Assembly: GCA_945878385.1 (NCBI GenBank)
Contig: CAMCTE010000001.1
Location: forward strand, 1 to 49,716
Source: Azohydromonas lata NBRC 102462
Lineage (GTDB): Bacteria; Pseudomonadota; Gammaproteobacteria; Burkholderiales; Burkholderiaceae_C
Reading direction: 5' to 3'
Length of the DNA stretch: 49,716 nt
Positions 18,920 through 27,752 of this stretch are shown in pieces; positions within the stretch are counted from its first letter, which is position 1; each line of letters starts with the position of its first letter. A program made the position numbers and the translations under genes. The notes beneath the pieces are model-generated. The model worked only from the letters and a program-made list of their open reading frames with translations, was not told the origin of the DNA and ran no database searches.

Positions 18920-19774
18920 ATGAAACTGCTGCGCCATGGCCCCATCGGGCAAGAAAAACCCGGCCTGCTCGACGCCCAAGGCCAAGTGCGGGATCTCTCC
19001 AGTCTGATTCCCGACCTCACGCCACAACAGTTGGCACCGGCTGCGCTGACCGCACTGCAGCAGCAGGTGGCCGCACAGGGCTCCTCATTGCCGGTGGTGG
19101 CGCCGGGCACGCGCCTGGGCGTGCCCATCGCCGGCGTCCGCCAGTTTCTGGGCGTGGGCCTGAACTACCGCCAACACGCCATCGAGGCGGGCATGGCCAT
19201 CCCCACCGAGCCCATCGTGTTTTCCAAGAGCATCACCGCCTTGGCAGGCCCGGATGACGATTTGCCGCTGCCTCCCGGCTCGGTCGCGCTGGACTATGAA
19301 GTGGAACTGGGCATCGTCATCGGCAGCACCACTCGGCGTGTGACGCAGGCCCAAGCCCTGGCGCATGTGGCCGGCTATGTGCTGGCCAACGATGTGAGCG
19401 AACGGGATTGGCAGCTGCACCGCGGCGGGCAGTGGCTCAAGGGCAAGTGCCACGACGGCTTCGGCCCCATCGGCCCCTGGCTGGTGACCACCGATGAAGT
19501 GCCTGATCCTCAACAAGTGGGTCTGAAGTTGAGCGTCAACGGTGAAGCGCGCCAGGACAGCAGCACCGGCGACATGATCTTCGGCGTGGCCGAAATCGTG
19601 AGCTACCTCAGCCAGTTCATGACGCTGTTGCCTGGCGATGTGATCGTCACCGGCACACCGCAGGGCGTGGGCATGGGCTTCAAGCCGCCGAAGTACCTGC
19701 AGCACGGAGATGTGGTCGAGTTGTCGAGCCCTCAGTTGGGGCGGCAGCGGCAGCGTGTGGTGGCGTTGGGCTGA
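18920..19774 (+). CDS. Fumarylacetoacetate hydrolase (FAH) family protein
   Basis: Motifs DYEVELGIVIG, NDVSERDWQ and GDVIVTGTPQGVG are typical of FAH-family hydrolases, isomerases and decarboxylases. Confidence 0.85.
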   Translation: MKLLRHGPIGQEKPGLLDAQGQVRDLSSLIPDLTPQQLAPAALTALQQQVAAQGSSLPVVAPGTRLGVPIAGVRQFLGVGLNYRQHAIEAGMAIPTEPIVFSKSITALAGPDDDLPLPPGSVALDYEVELGIVIGSTTRRVTQAQALAHVAGYVLANDVSERDWQLHRGGQWLKGKCHDGFGPIGPWLVTTDEVPDPQQVGLKLSVNGEARQDSSTGDMIFGVAEIVSYLSQFMTLLPGDVIVTGTPQGVGMGFKPPKYLQHGDVVELSSPQLGRQRQRVVALG

Positions 19775-19807
19775 AGTGATCAGCTTCATCGAGCGGCGCG
19801 GCCTGCT

Positions 19808-19840
19808 GGCCTGAGCCGCGCTTCGTGGCGGCGTCAGGCC
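19808..19840 (+). terminator. GC-rich hairpin after the FAH gene
   Basis: GGCCTGA-GCCGC / GCGGC-(G)-TCAGGCC gives 12 bp of stem with one bulge and an 8-nt loop. It is followed by TGGCCTTTGG, which is only a weak T-tract. Confidence 0.4.
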
Positions 19841-19944
19841 TGGCCTTTGGAACGCCCCAGCGGCAACCCATTAGGGTTTTCCGAAACCCCCAAGGGTAGG
19901 CGCTGGCCTAGAGTGGAGCCGGTCAACACCCGGTTGGAGTACCC

Positions 19945-21564
19945 ATGAGCCGCGTTCCTGTTCGCAAGCCCTCCCCCACACCGCTGGCTTGGGCCGCAGC
20001 CGTGTGGTGGGGCACTTTTGCCGCCGCCACCGCACATGCCGCGGACATCAAAGATGTGCCCTGCCGCACCACGGCCGAGTGCCTTGCAGAAAACGCACGG
20101 GTGCGGGGCGAGGTGTTCAAGAACGACACCAGCAAGACAGCCGAACTGCAGGATGTCTTCTACTGGACCAACCGCATCAACATGGCCTCCACCGTGATGC
20201 TGCACGAGCGCGGCCTGTTGGACAAGGCCAATGCAGCCCGCATCGCCGAAGGCATCGAACATGCGGTGGCACAGGCCGGCAAACCGGGCGGCAAGCGCCC
20301 GACCGACTACCTGCAGATCGAGAACATCATCGCGGAAAAGGCAGGCCCTGAGGCCACCTTCATCCACGCCGGGCGCAGCCGGCAGGACATCTTGGCCACC
20401 GTGCGCGTGTCGCGCCTTCGCACCGCCATGATGGATGTGGCCGACCGGCTGCTGTTGCTTCGCAAGACGGTGCTGGACATCGCCGAGCAGCACAAGGACA
20501 CCATGGTGCCCGCCTATACCAACGGCGTGCAGGCCCAGCCGATCACCTACGGCCACTACCTGCTGGCCTTTGCCGATTCCTTCGCGCGCGATTCCGCTCG
20601 CATCCGCGACCTCTATGCGCGCCTGAATCTCAGCCCCATGGGCACAGCGGTGTTGGCCAATTCGGCCTGGCCCCTGGACCGCCCGCGCTTGGCGCAGCTG
20701 CTGGGTTTTGACGGCATGGTGGTGAACTCAATGGATGCCGGGCAGATCATCACTTTTGATGTGCCCTTGGAGGCCAGCGCCATCGTCAGCAACACCGCCA
20801 TCCGCATCGGCGCGCTGCTCGAAGATGTGCACACGCAGTACCACCAAAGCCGCCCCTGGTTGCTGCTGGAATCGGGCTCCACCTACACCAGCAGCGCCAT
20901 GCCGCAGAAGCAAAACCCCGGCGTGGTCATGAACGCGCGTGCCAAGGCCTCGGATGTGGTGGCCGCCTCACACTGGATGTCGCTGCGCGCGCACAACGTG
21001 AACCCCGGGATGACCGAGTACAAGGATTCGTGGACCCAGACGCGCAACTTCCTCTACACGGTGGAATTGCTGGAGCAGACCGTTCGGGTGCTGAAGTCTT
21101 TGCGGTTGAACCCTGAGCGGGCCCTTGAGGAACTGCGCGGCGACTGGACCACCTCGTCGGAGTTGGCCGACACGCTGCAGCGCATCAGCGGCATCCCTTT
21201 CCGCGCCGGTCATGCCTTCGCCACGGCCGTGGTGAACAAGGCCCGTGAAAAGGGCTGGCGCCCCGACCAGTTCCCCTACGAAGAGGCCGTGCCCCTGTAT
21301 GCCGCGGCAGCAGCGCGCTACGGCATCCAGCCGGCCACCCTGCCCTTGACGGCCGCGCAGTTCAAGCAGTCGCTGTCGCACGAGGAAATGGTGCGCACCC
21401 GCGTGGGCGTGGGCGGGCCGCAACCGGCTGAAGTGGCCCGCATGCTGCAACTGGGGCGTCAAAGCCTGAAGCAGGACGAGGAATGGCTCAGGCAGCGCCT
21501 GGGCGCGCTGGCGCAGGCCGAGGCCTTGCTCAACGCACGTTTTGGTGCTTTGACAGGAAAATAG
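19945..21564 (+). CDS. Fumarate-lyase superfamily protein, argininosuccinate-lyase-like, with N-terminal signal peptide
   Basis: Motifs GRSRQD, YTNGVQAQP and TSSAMPQKQNPG align by eye to the ArgH conserved regions. GGAG lies 6 nt upstream of the ATG. The N-terminus MSRVPVRKPSPTPLAWAAAVWWGTFAAATAHA-AD looks like a Sec signal. Confidence 0.8.
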   Translation: MSRVPVRKPSPTPLAWAAAVWWGTFAAATAHAADIKDVPCRTTAECLAENARVRGEVFKNDTSKTAELQDVFYWTNRINMASTVMLHERGLLDKANAARIAEGIEHAVAQAGKPGGKRPTDYLQIENIIAEKAGPEATFIHAGRSRQDILATVRVSRLRTAMMDVADRLLLLRKTVLDIAEQHKDTMVPAYTNGVQAQPITYGHYLLAFADSFARDSARIRDLYARLNLSPMGTAVLANSAWPLDRPRLAQLLGFDGMVVNSMDAGQIITFDVPLEASAIVSNTAIRIGALLEDVHTQYHQSRPWLLLESGSTYTSSAMPQKQNPGVVMNARAKASDVVAASHWMSLRAHNVNPGMTEYKDSWTQTRNFLYTVELLEQTVRVLKSLRLNPERALEELRGDWTTSSELADTLQRISGIPFRAGHAFATAVVNKAREKGWRPDQFPYEEAVPLYAAAAARYGIQPATLPLTAAQFKQSLSHEEMVRTRVGVGGPQPAEVARMLQLGRQSLKQDEEWLRQRLGALAQAEALLNARFGALTGK

Positions 21565-21589
21565 GCGCAGCAGCCCGGTGCGCTGCGCC
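21564..21589. terminator. Hairpin filling the 27-nt gap between the convergent lyase and mnmE genes
   Basis: GGCGCAGC / GCTGCGCC form an 8-bp perfect stem with a 10-nt loop. Confidence 0.45.
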
Positions 21590-21591
21590 GA

Positions 21592-23022
21592 TCACTTCCC
21601 GATGCAAAAGCTCGAGAAGATCACGCCCAGGAGGTCGTCCGCGCTCAACTGCCCGGTGATCTCCCCCAGCGCCTGATGGGCCACGCGCAGTTCTTCGGCC
21701 AGCAGGTCCAGTGCCGGGGCGGCGCACTGCAGTTGGGCCTGCGCCTGCGCCAGGTGCGCCGCACAACGCTGCAGGGCCTGCAGGTGGCGAGTGCGCGCAA
21801 TGGCCACGCCTTCGGGCAGGGCCTGCCAACCCGCGCGGGCCAACAGGGCGGCCCGCAAGGCATCCAGCCCCGCGCCGGTTCGGGCTGAAACCTGCAAGGC
21901 TTCGGGCAGGCTGTCGTTCAACGCGCCCACCGCATCCACCTTGTTGTGGACCGCCACCACGCGGGCCGGGTCCACCCCATGCTGGCGAAGCTGGGCTTCA
22001 ATCAGGCGGTCGGCCGCCGCGTAGTCGGCGCGTGCCCTGCGCGAAAGGTCGCTCAAAAAAAGCACGGCATCGGCACCGCGAATGGCCTCCCAGCTGCGCT
22101 CGATGCCGATGCGCTCCACTTCGTCACTGGCCTCCTGCGCGTCGCGCAGGCCGGCCGTATCCACCACATGCAGCGGCACCCCTTCAATCTGCAGGGCCTG
22201 CTCAATGCGGTCGCGCGTGGTGCCCGCAATCGGCGTGACGATGGCCACCTCCTGCCCTGCCAGTGCGTTGAGAAGCGAGCTCTTGCCCACATTGGGCTGG
22301 CCCGCAATCACCACCCGCAGCCCCTCGCGCAGCAACACGCCCTGGCGCGTTTGCGCCAGCACGGCGGCCAGTGCTTCCTCGATGCCATCGAGCTGCCCCT
22401 GCGCATCGGCTTTCTGCAGAAAGTCGATTTCTTCTTCGGGGAAATCCAGCGTGGCCTCCACCAGCATGCGCAGGTGCAGCAGGCGCTGCGCCAGGGCGTC
22501 GATGCGCTGGGAAAACTCGCCCTGCAAGGAACGCGCAGCCGAGCGAGCCGCGGCTTCGGTGCCCGCATCGATCAGGTCGGCCACCGCCTCGGCCTGCGCC
22601 AAATCGAGCTTGTCGTTCAGGAATGCACGCCGTGTGAATTCACCCGGTTCGGCCAAACGAAGGCCGGGCAACAAAGCCTCGCGGCCGTGAACTGGTGTGG
22701 CCTGCGATGAGGCCGCCGCCTCCAGGCAGCGCTGCACCAACATCTGCAGCACCACAGGCCCGCCGTGCGCCTGCAGTTCGAGCACATCTTCACCGGTGTA
22801 GGAGTGCGGGGCTTCGAAGAACAGGGCCAGGCCCTGGTCGATGGGGTGGCCCTGAGCGTCCAGGAACGGCGTGTAGGTGGCGTGGCGCGGCTTGAGCCAC
22901 TGCCCGCACAGCGCCTGCGCCAGCGGCTTCAAGCCCGCGCCCGACACCCGCACGATGCCCACCGCGCCACGCCCCGGCGCGGTGGCCACCGCCACGATGG
23001 GGTCCTGGTCGCGGGGCAGCAC
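21592..23022 (-). CDS. mnmE: tRNA modification GTPase MnmE
   Basis: G1 motif [15 protein letters not shown]3 motif DTAGLR and the C-terminal FCIGK motif. Position next to yidC is conserved. Confidence 0.95.
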   Translation of the reverse strand: MLPRDQDPIVAVATAPGRGAVGIVRVSGAGLKPLAQALCGQWLKPRHATYTPFLDAQGHPIDQGLALFFEAPHSYTGEDVLELQAHGGPVVLQMLVQRCLEAAASSQATPVHGREALLPGLRLAEPGEFTRRAFLNDKLDLAQAEAVADLIDAGTEAAARSAARSLQGEFSQRIDALAQRLLHLRMLVEATLDFPEEEIDFLQKADAQGQLDGIEEALAAVLAQTRQGVLLREGLRVVIAGQPNVGKSSLLNALAGQEVAIVTPIAGTTRDRIEQALQIEGVPLHVVDTAGLRDAQEASDEVERIGIERSWEAIRGADAVLFLSDLSRRARADYAAADRLIEAQLRQHGVDPARVVAVHNKVDAVGALNDSLPEALQVSARTGAGLDALRAALLARAGWQALPEGVAIARTRHLQALQRCAAHLAQAQAQLQCAAPALDLLAEELRVAHQALGEITGQLSADDLLGVIFSSFCIGK

Positions 23023-23036
23023 GGCGGTTCAGGCCC

Positions 23037-24764
23037 CTATTTGCCCAGCACGCCCAACTGCTTGTTGATCATCCATTGCTGCGCAATCGACAGGATGTTG
23101 TTCGTCAGCCAGTACAGCACCAGGCCGGCCGGGAAGAAGAAGAACATGAAGGAAAACGCGATGGGCATGATCCACATCATCTTGGCCTGCACCGGGTCCG
23201 GCGGCGTGGGGTTCAGCCAGGTCTGCAGCAGCGAAGAGGCCGTCATCAACAGGGGCAGGATGAAGTAGGGGTCCTTGGCCGAGAGGTCGGTGATCCAGCC
23301 CACCCACGGTGCGTTGCGCATTTCCACGCTGGACAACAGCACCCAGTACAAGGCGATGAAGAACGGCATCTGGGCCAGGATGGGCAGGCAGCCCCCCAGT
23401 GGGTTCACCTTTTCTTCCTTGTAGATGCGCATCATTTCCTGCTGCATCTGCTGCGGCTTGTCCTTCAGGCGCTCGCGCAATTCCATGATGCGCGGGTTGA
23501 TGGCCTTCATCTTGCCCATGCTGCGGTAGGCACTGGCGTTGAGCCAGTAAAACGCCGCCTTGAGCAGGAACACCAGCGCCACGATGGCCCAACCCCAGTT
23601 GCCGATGACGCTGTAGAGCTGGTCCAACAGCCAGAACAGCGGCTTGGCCAACACGGTGAACCAACCGTAGTCCTTCACCAGTTCCAGGCCCGGGGCCAGT
23701 TCCGCGAGCTTCTTTTCTTCCTGGGGGCCGGCAAACAGCCGCGCCTCGTGCGCCACGCTCGCACCCGGGGCCACGCTGCCCAGGGGCATCACGGCGGCAA
23801 TCGAATACAGGTTGTCGCCCACCTTGGCGGTGCGGTATTCGCGCGGCTGCTTGTCGGCCAGGATCCAGGCCGATGCGAAATAGTGCTGCACCATGGACAC
23901 CCAGCCGTTGTCGGCCGTCTTTTCATGGTCGGCCTTGTGCTTCTCGATGTCCTTGAAGTCCAGCTTCTGGAATTTCTTGGCATCGGTGTACAGGGCCGGG
24001 CCGGTGAAGGTGAAATAGAAGGCCGACTCACCCGGGGGCGGGTTGCCGTCGCGCACCAGCTGCAGGTAAAGCTGCGGCTCCACCGCAGCAGCGGTGTCAT
24101 TGGCCACTTCGTGCTTCACGCCGATGGTGTAGTCGCCCCGCTTGAGCGTGTAGGTCTTGGTGAGCTTCACGCCACCGGCGCCTTGCGGCGTTTCAAACCG
24201 AACCTGCAGTTCGGTCTGGCCGTCCTTGAGCACAGTGTCGCTGCTGATCAGTTGCAGGGTGCTCAAGTGGTTGGGCAAGGCAACGCCCGCCTGGTTGGTG
24301 ATCAGCCCTGTCTGCGCCAAGTACACCCGCTGCGCCGACTGGTCGAACAACAACACATTGCGCGTGGTGTCTTCGGGGTCACGGTGCTGCAGCAGTTCGA
24401 GCTTCTGCAGTTCACCGCCGCGCGTGCTGAAGGTGGCCTTGACCACATCGGTGCTGACCGTGAAGGTGGACGCCGCTGCGACCTGGCCGGCGACTGAGCC
24501 AGCAGAAGGCACAGCGGCCGCAGGGCCTACCCCACCACCCGCTGCGGGCAGGGCAGCCGCCGGCGCCGGCACAGCGGCGTTGGTGGCCGCCCCCGAACCC
24601 GGCACCGCTGCAGGGGCTGGCCCTGCGGCCACCGGCGCGGCCGTCTTGGCCGGGCTGAGCGAAAACATGGAAGGCTGGCCGTTGTGCTTTTGCCAGGCGT
24701 CCCACAGCAACACCAGGGACATCGTGAAGATCACCCACAGCAGGGTGCGGCGCATGTCGGTCAT
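23037..24764 (-). CDS. yidC: Membrane protein insertase YidC
   Basis: 575 aa with an N-terminal TM, a large periplasmic domain and the C-terminal 5-TM core (PLGGCLPILAQMPFFIALY). Position is conserved. Confidence 0.95.
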   Translation of the reverse strand: MTDMRRTLLWVIFTMSLVLLWDAWQKHNGQPSMFSLSPAKTAAPVAAGPAPAAVPGSGAATNAAVPAPAAALPAAGGGVGPAAAVPSAGSVAGQVAAASTFTVSTDVVKATFSTRGGELQKLELLQHRDPEDTTRNVLLFDQSAQRVYLAQTGLITNQAGVALPNHLSTLQLISSDTVLKDGQTELQVRFETPQGAGGVKLTKTYTLKRGDYTIGVKHEVANDTAAAVEPQLYLQLVRDGNPPPGESAFYFTFTGPALYTDAKKFQKLDFKDIEKHKADHEKTADNGWVSMVQHYFASAWILADKQPREYRTAKVGDNLYSIAAVMPLGSVAPGASVAHEARLFAGPQEEKKLAELAPGLELVKDYGWFTVLAKPLFWLLDQLYSVIGNWGWAIVALVFLLKAAFYWLNASAYRSMGKMKAINPRIMELRERLKDKPQQMQQEMMRIYKEEKVNPLGGCLPILAQMPFFIALYWVLLSSVEMRNAPWVGWITDLSAKDPYFILPLLMTASSLLQTWLNPTPPDPVQAKMMWIMPIAFSFMFFFFPAGLVLYWLTNNILSIAQQWMINKQLGVLGK

Positions 24765-25069
24765 GGTTGGGGTCCGTTTTGGGGAGCGTTTTGGGGAGCG
24801 TTTTGGGGAGCGTTTTCGGGAGCGTTAACCGAAGCAGCGGAAGCAGTCGTGCCGGGCACCGGGTCCAGACCACCCTGGCACCAAGGGTGGCAGCGCAGCA
24901 CACGCCACCCCGCCAAACCCGTACCGCGCCACGCACCATGGTGTTCAAGCGCCTGCAGCGCATACACCGAACAGGTGGGCGTGAACCGGCATTGTGTGCC
25001 AAGCCACGGGCTGAGCAGCAGGCGATAGGCCTTGATGGGCCAGGACAATAGACGGGCCACTGGACTCAT
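24761..25069 (-). CDS. yidD: Membrane protein insertion efficiency factor YidD, with a repetitive C-terminal tail
   Basis: Motif CRFTPTCSVYALQALEHHG. The stop overlaps the yidC ATG (ATGA). The tail is NAPENAPQNAPQNAPQNGPQP. Confidence 0.9.
   Translation of the reverse strand: MSPVARLLSWPIKAYRLLLSPWLGTQCRFTPTCSVYALQALEHHGAWRGTGLAGWRVLRCHPWCQGGLDPVPGTTASAASVNAPENAPQNAPQNAPQNGPQP
24769..24828 (-). repeat. 12-bp tandem repeat, 5 units (3 perfect GGGGAGCGTTTT), in frame in the yidD 3' end
   Basis: Units lie at 24769, 24781, 24793, 24805 and 24817. They encode (N-A/G-P-Q/E)x5 on the minus strand. Confidence 0.9.
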
Positions 25070-25098
25070 GCAGGGCTCATGTGTGACTCACGTGGGGC

Positions 25099-25647
25099 TC
25101 ACTGCTGGCCCACCCGCTCGTACAGGCGCTTCACTGCTTGCCCCACCAGGTGCTGCAGTTCTTCGCGCGCTGCACGGCGCAAGGGCGCAGAGGCGGCGCT
25201 GGGGTACAGGCTGCGGTCAAAACCCTGGCGCAAGCGCAACACCCACACACCAGGCGGCAAACCCGCGGGCTCGCCTTGTTGGTCAGCCAGGGCTTGGCGC
25301 ATCTGCCGGCGGATCAGGTTGCGGGTTACGGCCCGACGGGCATGGCGCTTGGGCACCACAAAGCCTGCCCAAGCGGGTTTGCCATGTTCATCCACCGGGT
25401 TGTCCACCGGGTTTTCAAGAGACTTATCCACAGGCCCACTGAGGTTGGCCGGGGCAGCTGAGGATAAGCCTTCGGTTTTACCCACCCAGCGCCGCTGAAC
25501 AATACCCCCCGTGAGGTGGTGCACCGCGAAGTGTGGGGTCTTGGCCAGCCAAGGCTGCGCCAACGCCCGCTTGAAGTCTTCAGCGTTCGTGATGACCAGC
25601 ACGGGCGAGGGCGAAGCCAGAAGAAAAGGGGCGCTGACCGGCATCAC
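25099..25647 (-). CDS. rnpA: Ribonuclease P protein component
   Basis: RNR-type motif VVPKRHARRAVTRNLIRRQMR, immediately downstream of rpmH. At 182 aa it is long, owing to an internal low-complexity insertion. Confidence 0.85.
   Translation of the reverse strand: MMPVSAPFLLASPSPVLVITNAEDFKRALAQPWLAKTPHFAVHHLTGGIVQRRWVGKTEGLSSAAPANLSGPVDKSLENPVDNPVDEHGKPAWAGFVVPKRHARRAVTRNLIRRQMRQALADQQGEPAGLPPGVWVLRLRQGFDRSLYPSAASAPLRRAAREELQHLVGQAVKRLYERVGQQ
25391..25414 (-). repeat. 12-bp tandem duplication TCCACCGGGTT(G/T) inside rnpA (encodes NPVDNPVD)
   Basis: Two adjacent units read directly from the sequence. Confidence 0.8.
25424..25432 (+). promoter_or_regulatory. Perfect DnaA box TTATCCACA inside the rnpA coding region
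   Basis: Exact 9-mer consensus. An 8/9 box, TGAGGATAA, sits in inverted orientation at 25459..25467. Confidence 0.6.
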
Positions 25648-25703
25648 CGGGCGCCCCAGTCGACAGTTTGCGCTGGAAGGTTCGGCGTTGCAGGCCGAAT
25701 GGC

Positions 25704-25838
25704 TTAAGCGGCCAGACGCTTGCGGCCCTTGGCGCGGCGCGCACGGATGACGGCACGGCCGCCGCGGGTCTTCATGCGAACCAGGAAGCCGTGCGTGCGG
25801 GCGCGGCGCGTCTTGGAAGGTTGATAGGTGCGCTTCAT
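25704..25838 (-). CDS. rpmH: 50S ribosomal protein L34
   Basis: Not in the ORF track (44 aa). Manual minus-strand translation gives [44 protein letters not shown] followed by TAA. Confidence 0.95.
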   Translation of the reverse strand: MKRTYQPSKTRRARTHGFLVRMKTRGGRAVIRARRAKGRKRLAA

Positions 25839-25973
25839 AGTAGAGGCCTGAAATCGGGAAAACCCGCTATTAGAACACCGCCGCGGGCAGTGGTCAAACC
25901 TGCCGTTTCAAGACACCCCGTGGCATGCCCCGTTTTGTGGGGGATGTCAAGCGCCGAACACAGGCCCTGAATC

Positions 25974-25982
25974 TGTGGATAA
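25974..25982 (-). promoter_or_regulatory. Perfect DnaA box (TGTGGATAA on the + strand) in the rpmH-dnaA intergenic region
   Basis: Exact reverse complement of TTATCCACA. Confidence 0.75.
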
Positions 25983-26034
25983 CCCTGCTTTCAAGGCGCC
26001 ATAAGGCTCTAGAATGCGATCGCTCGACAACCTG

Positions 26035-26043
26035 TTATCCACA
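26035..26043 (+). promoter_or_regulatory. Perfect DnaA box TTATCCACA abutting the preferred dnaA start codon
   Basis: Exact 9-mer immediately 5' of the ATG at 26044. Confidence 0.75.
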
Positions 26044-27603
26044 ATGACACCCGACTTCTGGTCCCGTTGTTGCGAGCGTCTGGCCGCGGAAATTCCTGAG
26101 CAGCAGTTCAATACTTGGATCCGCCCCCTGGCTGCCCCGCAGCTCTCCGATACGGCCGCAAACCCCGGCACCGCTCTGGTGGCCCGGATGGAAGTTCCCA
26201 ACCGCTTCAAGCTGGACTGGATTCGTTCGCAATACGGCCGCTTGCTGGATGCCGTGATGAGCGATGCGGCGGCCCAGCCGGTTCGGCTTGAACTGGTGCT
26301 GGCCCCCCAACGCAATGCCGGCCCGGCCGCCGGCTCCGGTATGCCGTCGCGCGAACCGGTGTCCGTGGGCCGTGTGCTTCGCCACAGCCTGCTGCCAGCC
26401 GGGGCCGGGGCCGACGACAGCGACGATGATGAACCCGGCGGATCTGCACCCCCGGCCACCGATGCCGGCCCAGGCGGTACCCGGCGGCCCACTGCACACG
26501 CCCATGCCGCGGTGTCGCCCAGCTCACCCGGGCCGTCGTACAACGGCTTCGCATCTGGCGCTGCCAACCCACACGCCATTGGCGCCAACCGGCTGAACCC
26601 GGCCCTCACTTTCGACACTCTGGTGGCTGGCCGTGCCAACCAGATGGCCCGCACGGCCGCCTTGCATGTGGCCGGCGCTCCTGGCCACATGTACAACCCA
26701 CTGTTCATCTACGGCGGTGTGGGCCTGGGCAAAACCCATCTGATCCATGCCGTGGGCAATTCCCTGCTCAAAGACAAGCCCCACGCACGCATCCTGTACT
26801 TGCATGCCGAACAGTTCATCTCCGATGTGGTGAAGAACTACCAGCGCAAGACCTTCGACGAACTCAAGGCCAAGTACCACCAGCTCGACCTGCTGCTGAT
26901 CGATGACGTGCAGTTCTTCGCCGGCAAGGAACGCACGCAGGAAGAGTTCTTCAACGCCTTTGAAGCCCTGCTGGCCAAGAAGGCCCACATCATCATGACC
27001 AGCGACACCTATCCCAAGGGTCTGGTCGACATGGACGAGCGCCTCACCAGCCGCTTCGACAGCGGCCTGACGGTGGCCATCGAACCACCGGAGCTGGAAA
27101 TGCGGGTGGCCATCCTGATCCGCAAAGCCGAGAGCGAAGGCACGCCCTTGCCCGAGGATGTGGCCTTCTTCGTGGCCAAGAATGTGCGGGCCAATGTGCG
27201 CGAGCTCGAAGGCGCCCTGCGCAAGGTGCTGGCCTATGCGCGTTTCACCCACAAGGACATCACGATCAACCTGGCCCGCGAGGCCTTGAAAGATCTGCTG
27301 AGCCTGCAGAACCGCCAGATCTCCATCGAAAACATCCAGAAGACGGTGGCCGACTTCTACAAGATCAAAGTGGCCGACATGTATTCCAAGAAGCGGCCGA
27401 ACTCCATCGCCCGCCCGCGCCAGATTGCGATGTACCTGGCCAAGGAAATGACGCAGAAAAGCCTGCCCGAAATTGGCGACAGCTTCGGCGGGCGCGACCA
27501 CACCACGGTGCTGCACGCCGTGCGCAAGATTGGCGGGGAACGGCAGAAGGACACCGAACTCAACCAGCAGCTGCATGTGCTGGAGCAGACGCTCAAGGGA
27601 TGA
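26044..27603 (+). CDS. dnaA: Chromosomal replication initiator protein DnaA
   Basis: Walker [11 protein letters not shown], Walker [10 protein letters not shown] and domain [16 protein letters not shown] ... [24 protein letters not shown] aligns with canonical DnaA N-termini. The longest ORF starts at 26014. Confidence 0.95.
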   Translation: MTPDFWSRCCERLAAEIPEQQFNTWIRPLAAPQLSDTAANPGTALVARMEVPNRFKLDWIRSQYGRLLDAVMSDAAAQPVRLELVLAPQRNAGPAAGSGMPSREPVSVGRVLRHSLLPAGAGADDSDDDEPGGSAPPATDAGPGGTRRPTAHAHAAVSPSSPGPSYNGFASGAANPHAIGANRLNPALTFDTLVAGRANQMARTAALHVAGAPGHMYNPLFIYGGVGLGKTHLIHAVGNSLLKDKPHARILYLHAEQFISDVVKNYQRKTFDELKAKYHQLDLLLIDDVQFFAGKERTQEEFFNAFEALLAKKAHIIMTSDTYPKGLVDMDERLTSRFDSGLTVAIEPPELEMRVAILIRKAESEGTPLPEDVAFFVAKNVRANVRELEGALRKVLAYARFTHKDITINLAREALKDLLSLQNRQISIENIQKTVADFYKIKVADMYSKKRPNSIARPRQIAMYLAKEMTQKSLPEIGDSFGGRDHTTVLHAVRKIGGERQKDTELNQQLHVLEQTLKG

Positions 27604-27620
27604 AGCGGCCGGGATAAGCC

Positions 27621-27629
27621 TGGGGATAA
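27621..27629 (-). promoter_or_regulatory. DnaA-box-like 9-mer TGGGGATAA (8/9)
   Basis: One mismatch to TGTGGATAA, just after the dnaA stop. Confidence 0.35.
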
Positions 27630-27752
27630 AGCCGGGAGGCCTGGCTGACAACTGGCAGCTTGCCCACAGGCCCGGTGGATTCAGGAAAGTTGTTGTAAGT
27701 GGCTCCCGCAACGGTACAGCGTTCGGGCACAGGGTTGTGGAGAGGCCAAGTG

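Noticed and set aside
24769-24828. Possible CRISPR-like or regulatory repeat array (GGGGAGCGTTTT x5)
   Set aside because: The units are only 12 bp, directly tandem without spacers, and lie in frame inside yidD. This is a coding minisatellite, not a CRISPR array.
26014-26043. Longer dnaA start at 26014 as given by the ORF track
   Set aside because: It is not excluded, since an AAGG lies upstream. However, it would overlap a -10-like TAGAAT and place a perfect DnaA box in the coding sequence. The 26044 start aligns with canonical DnaA N-termini.
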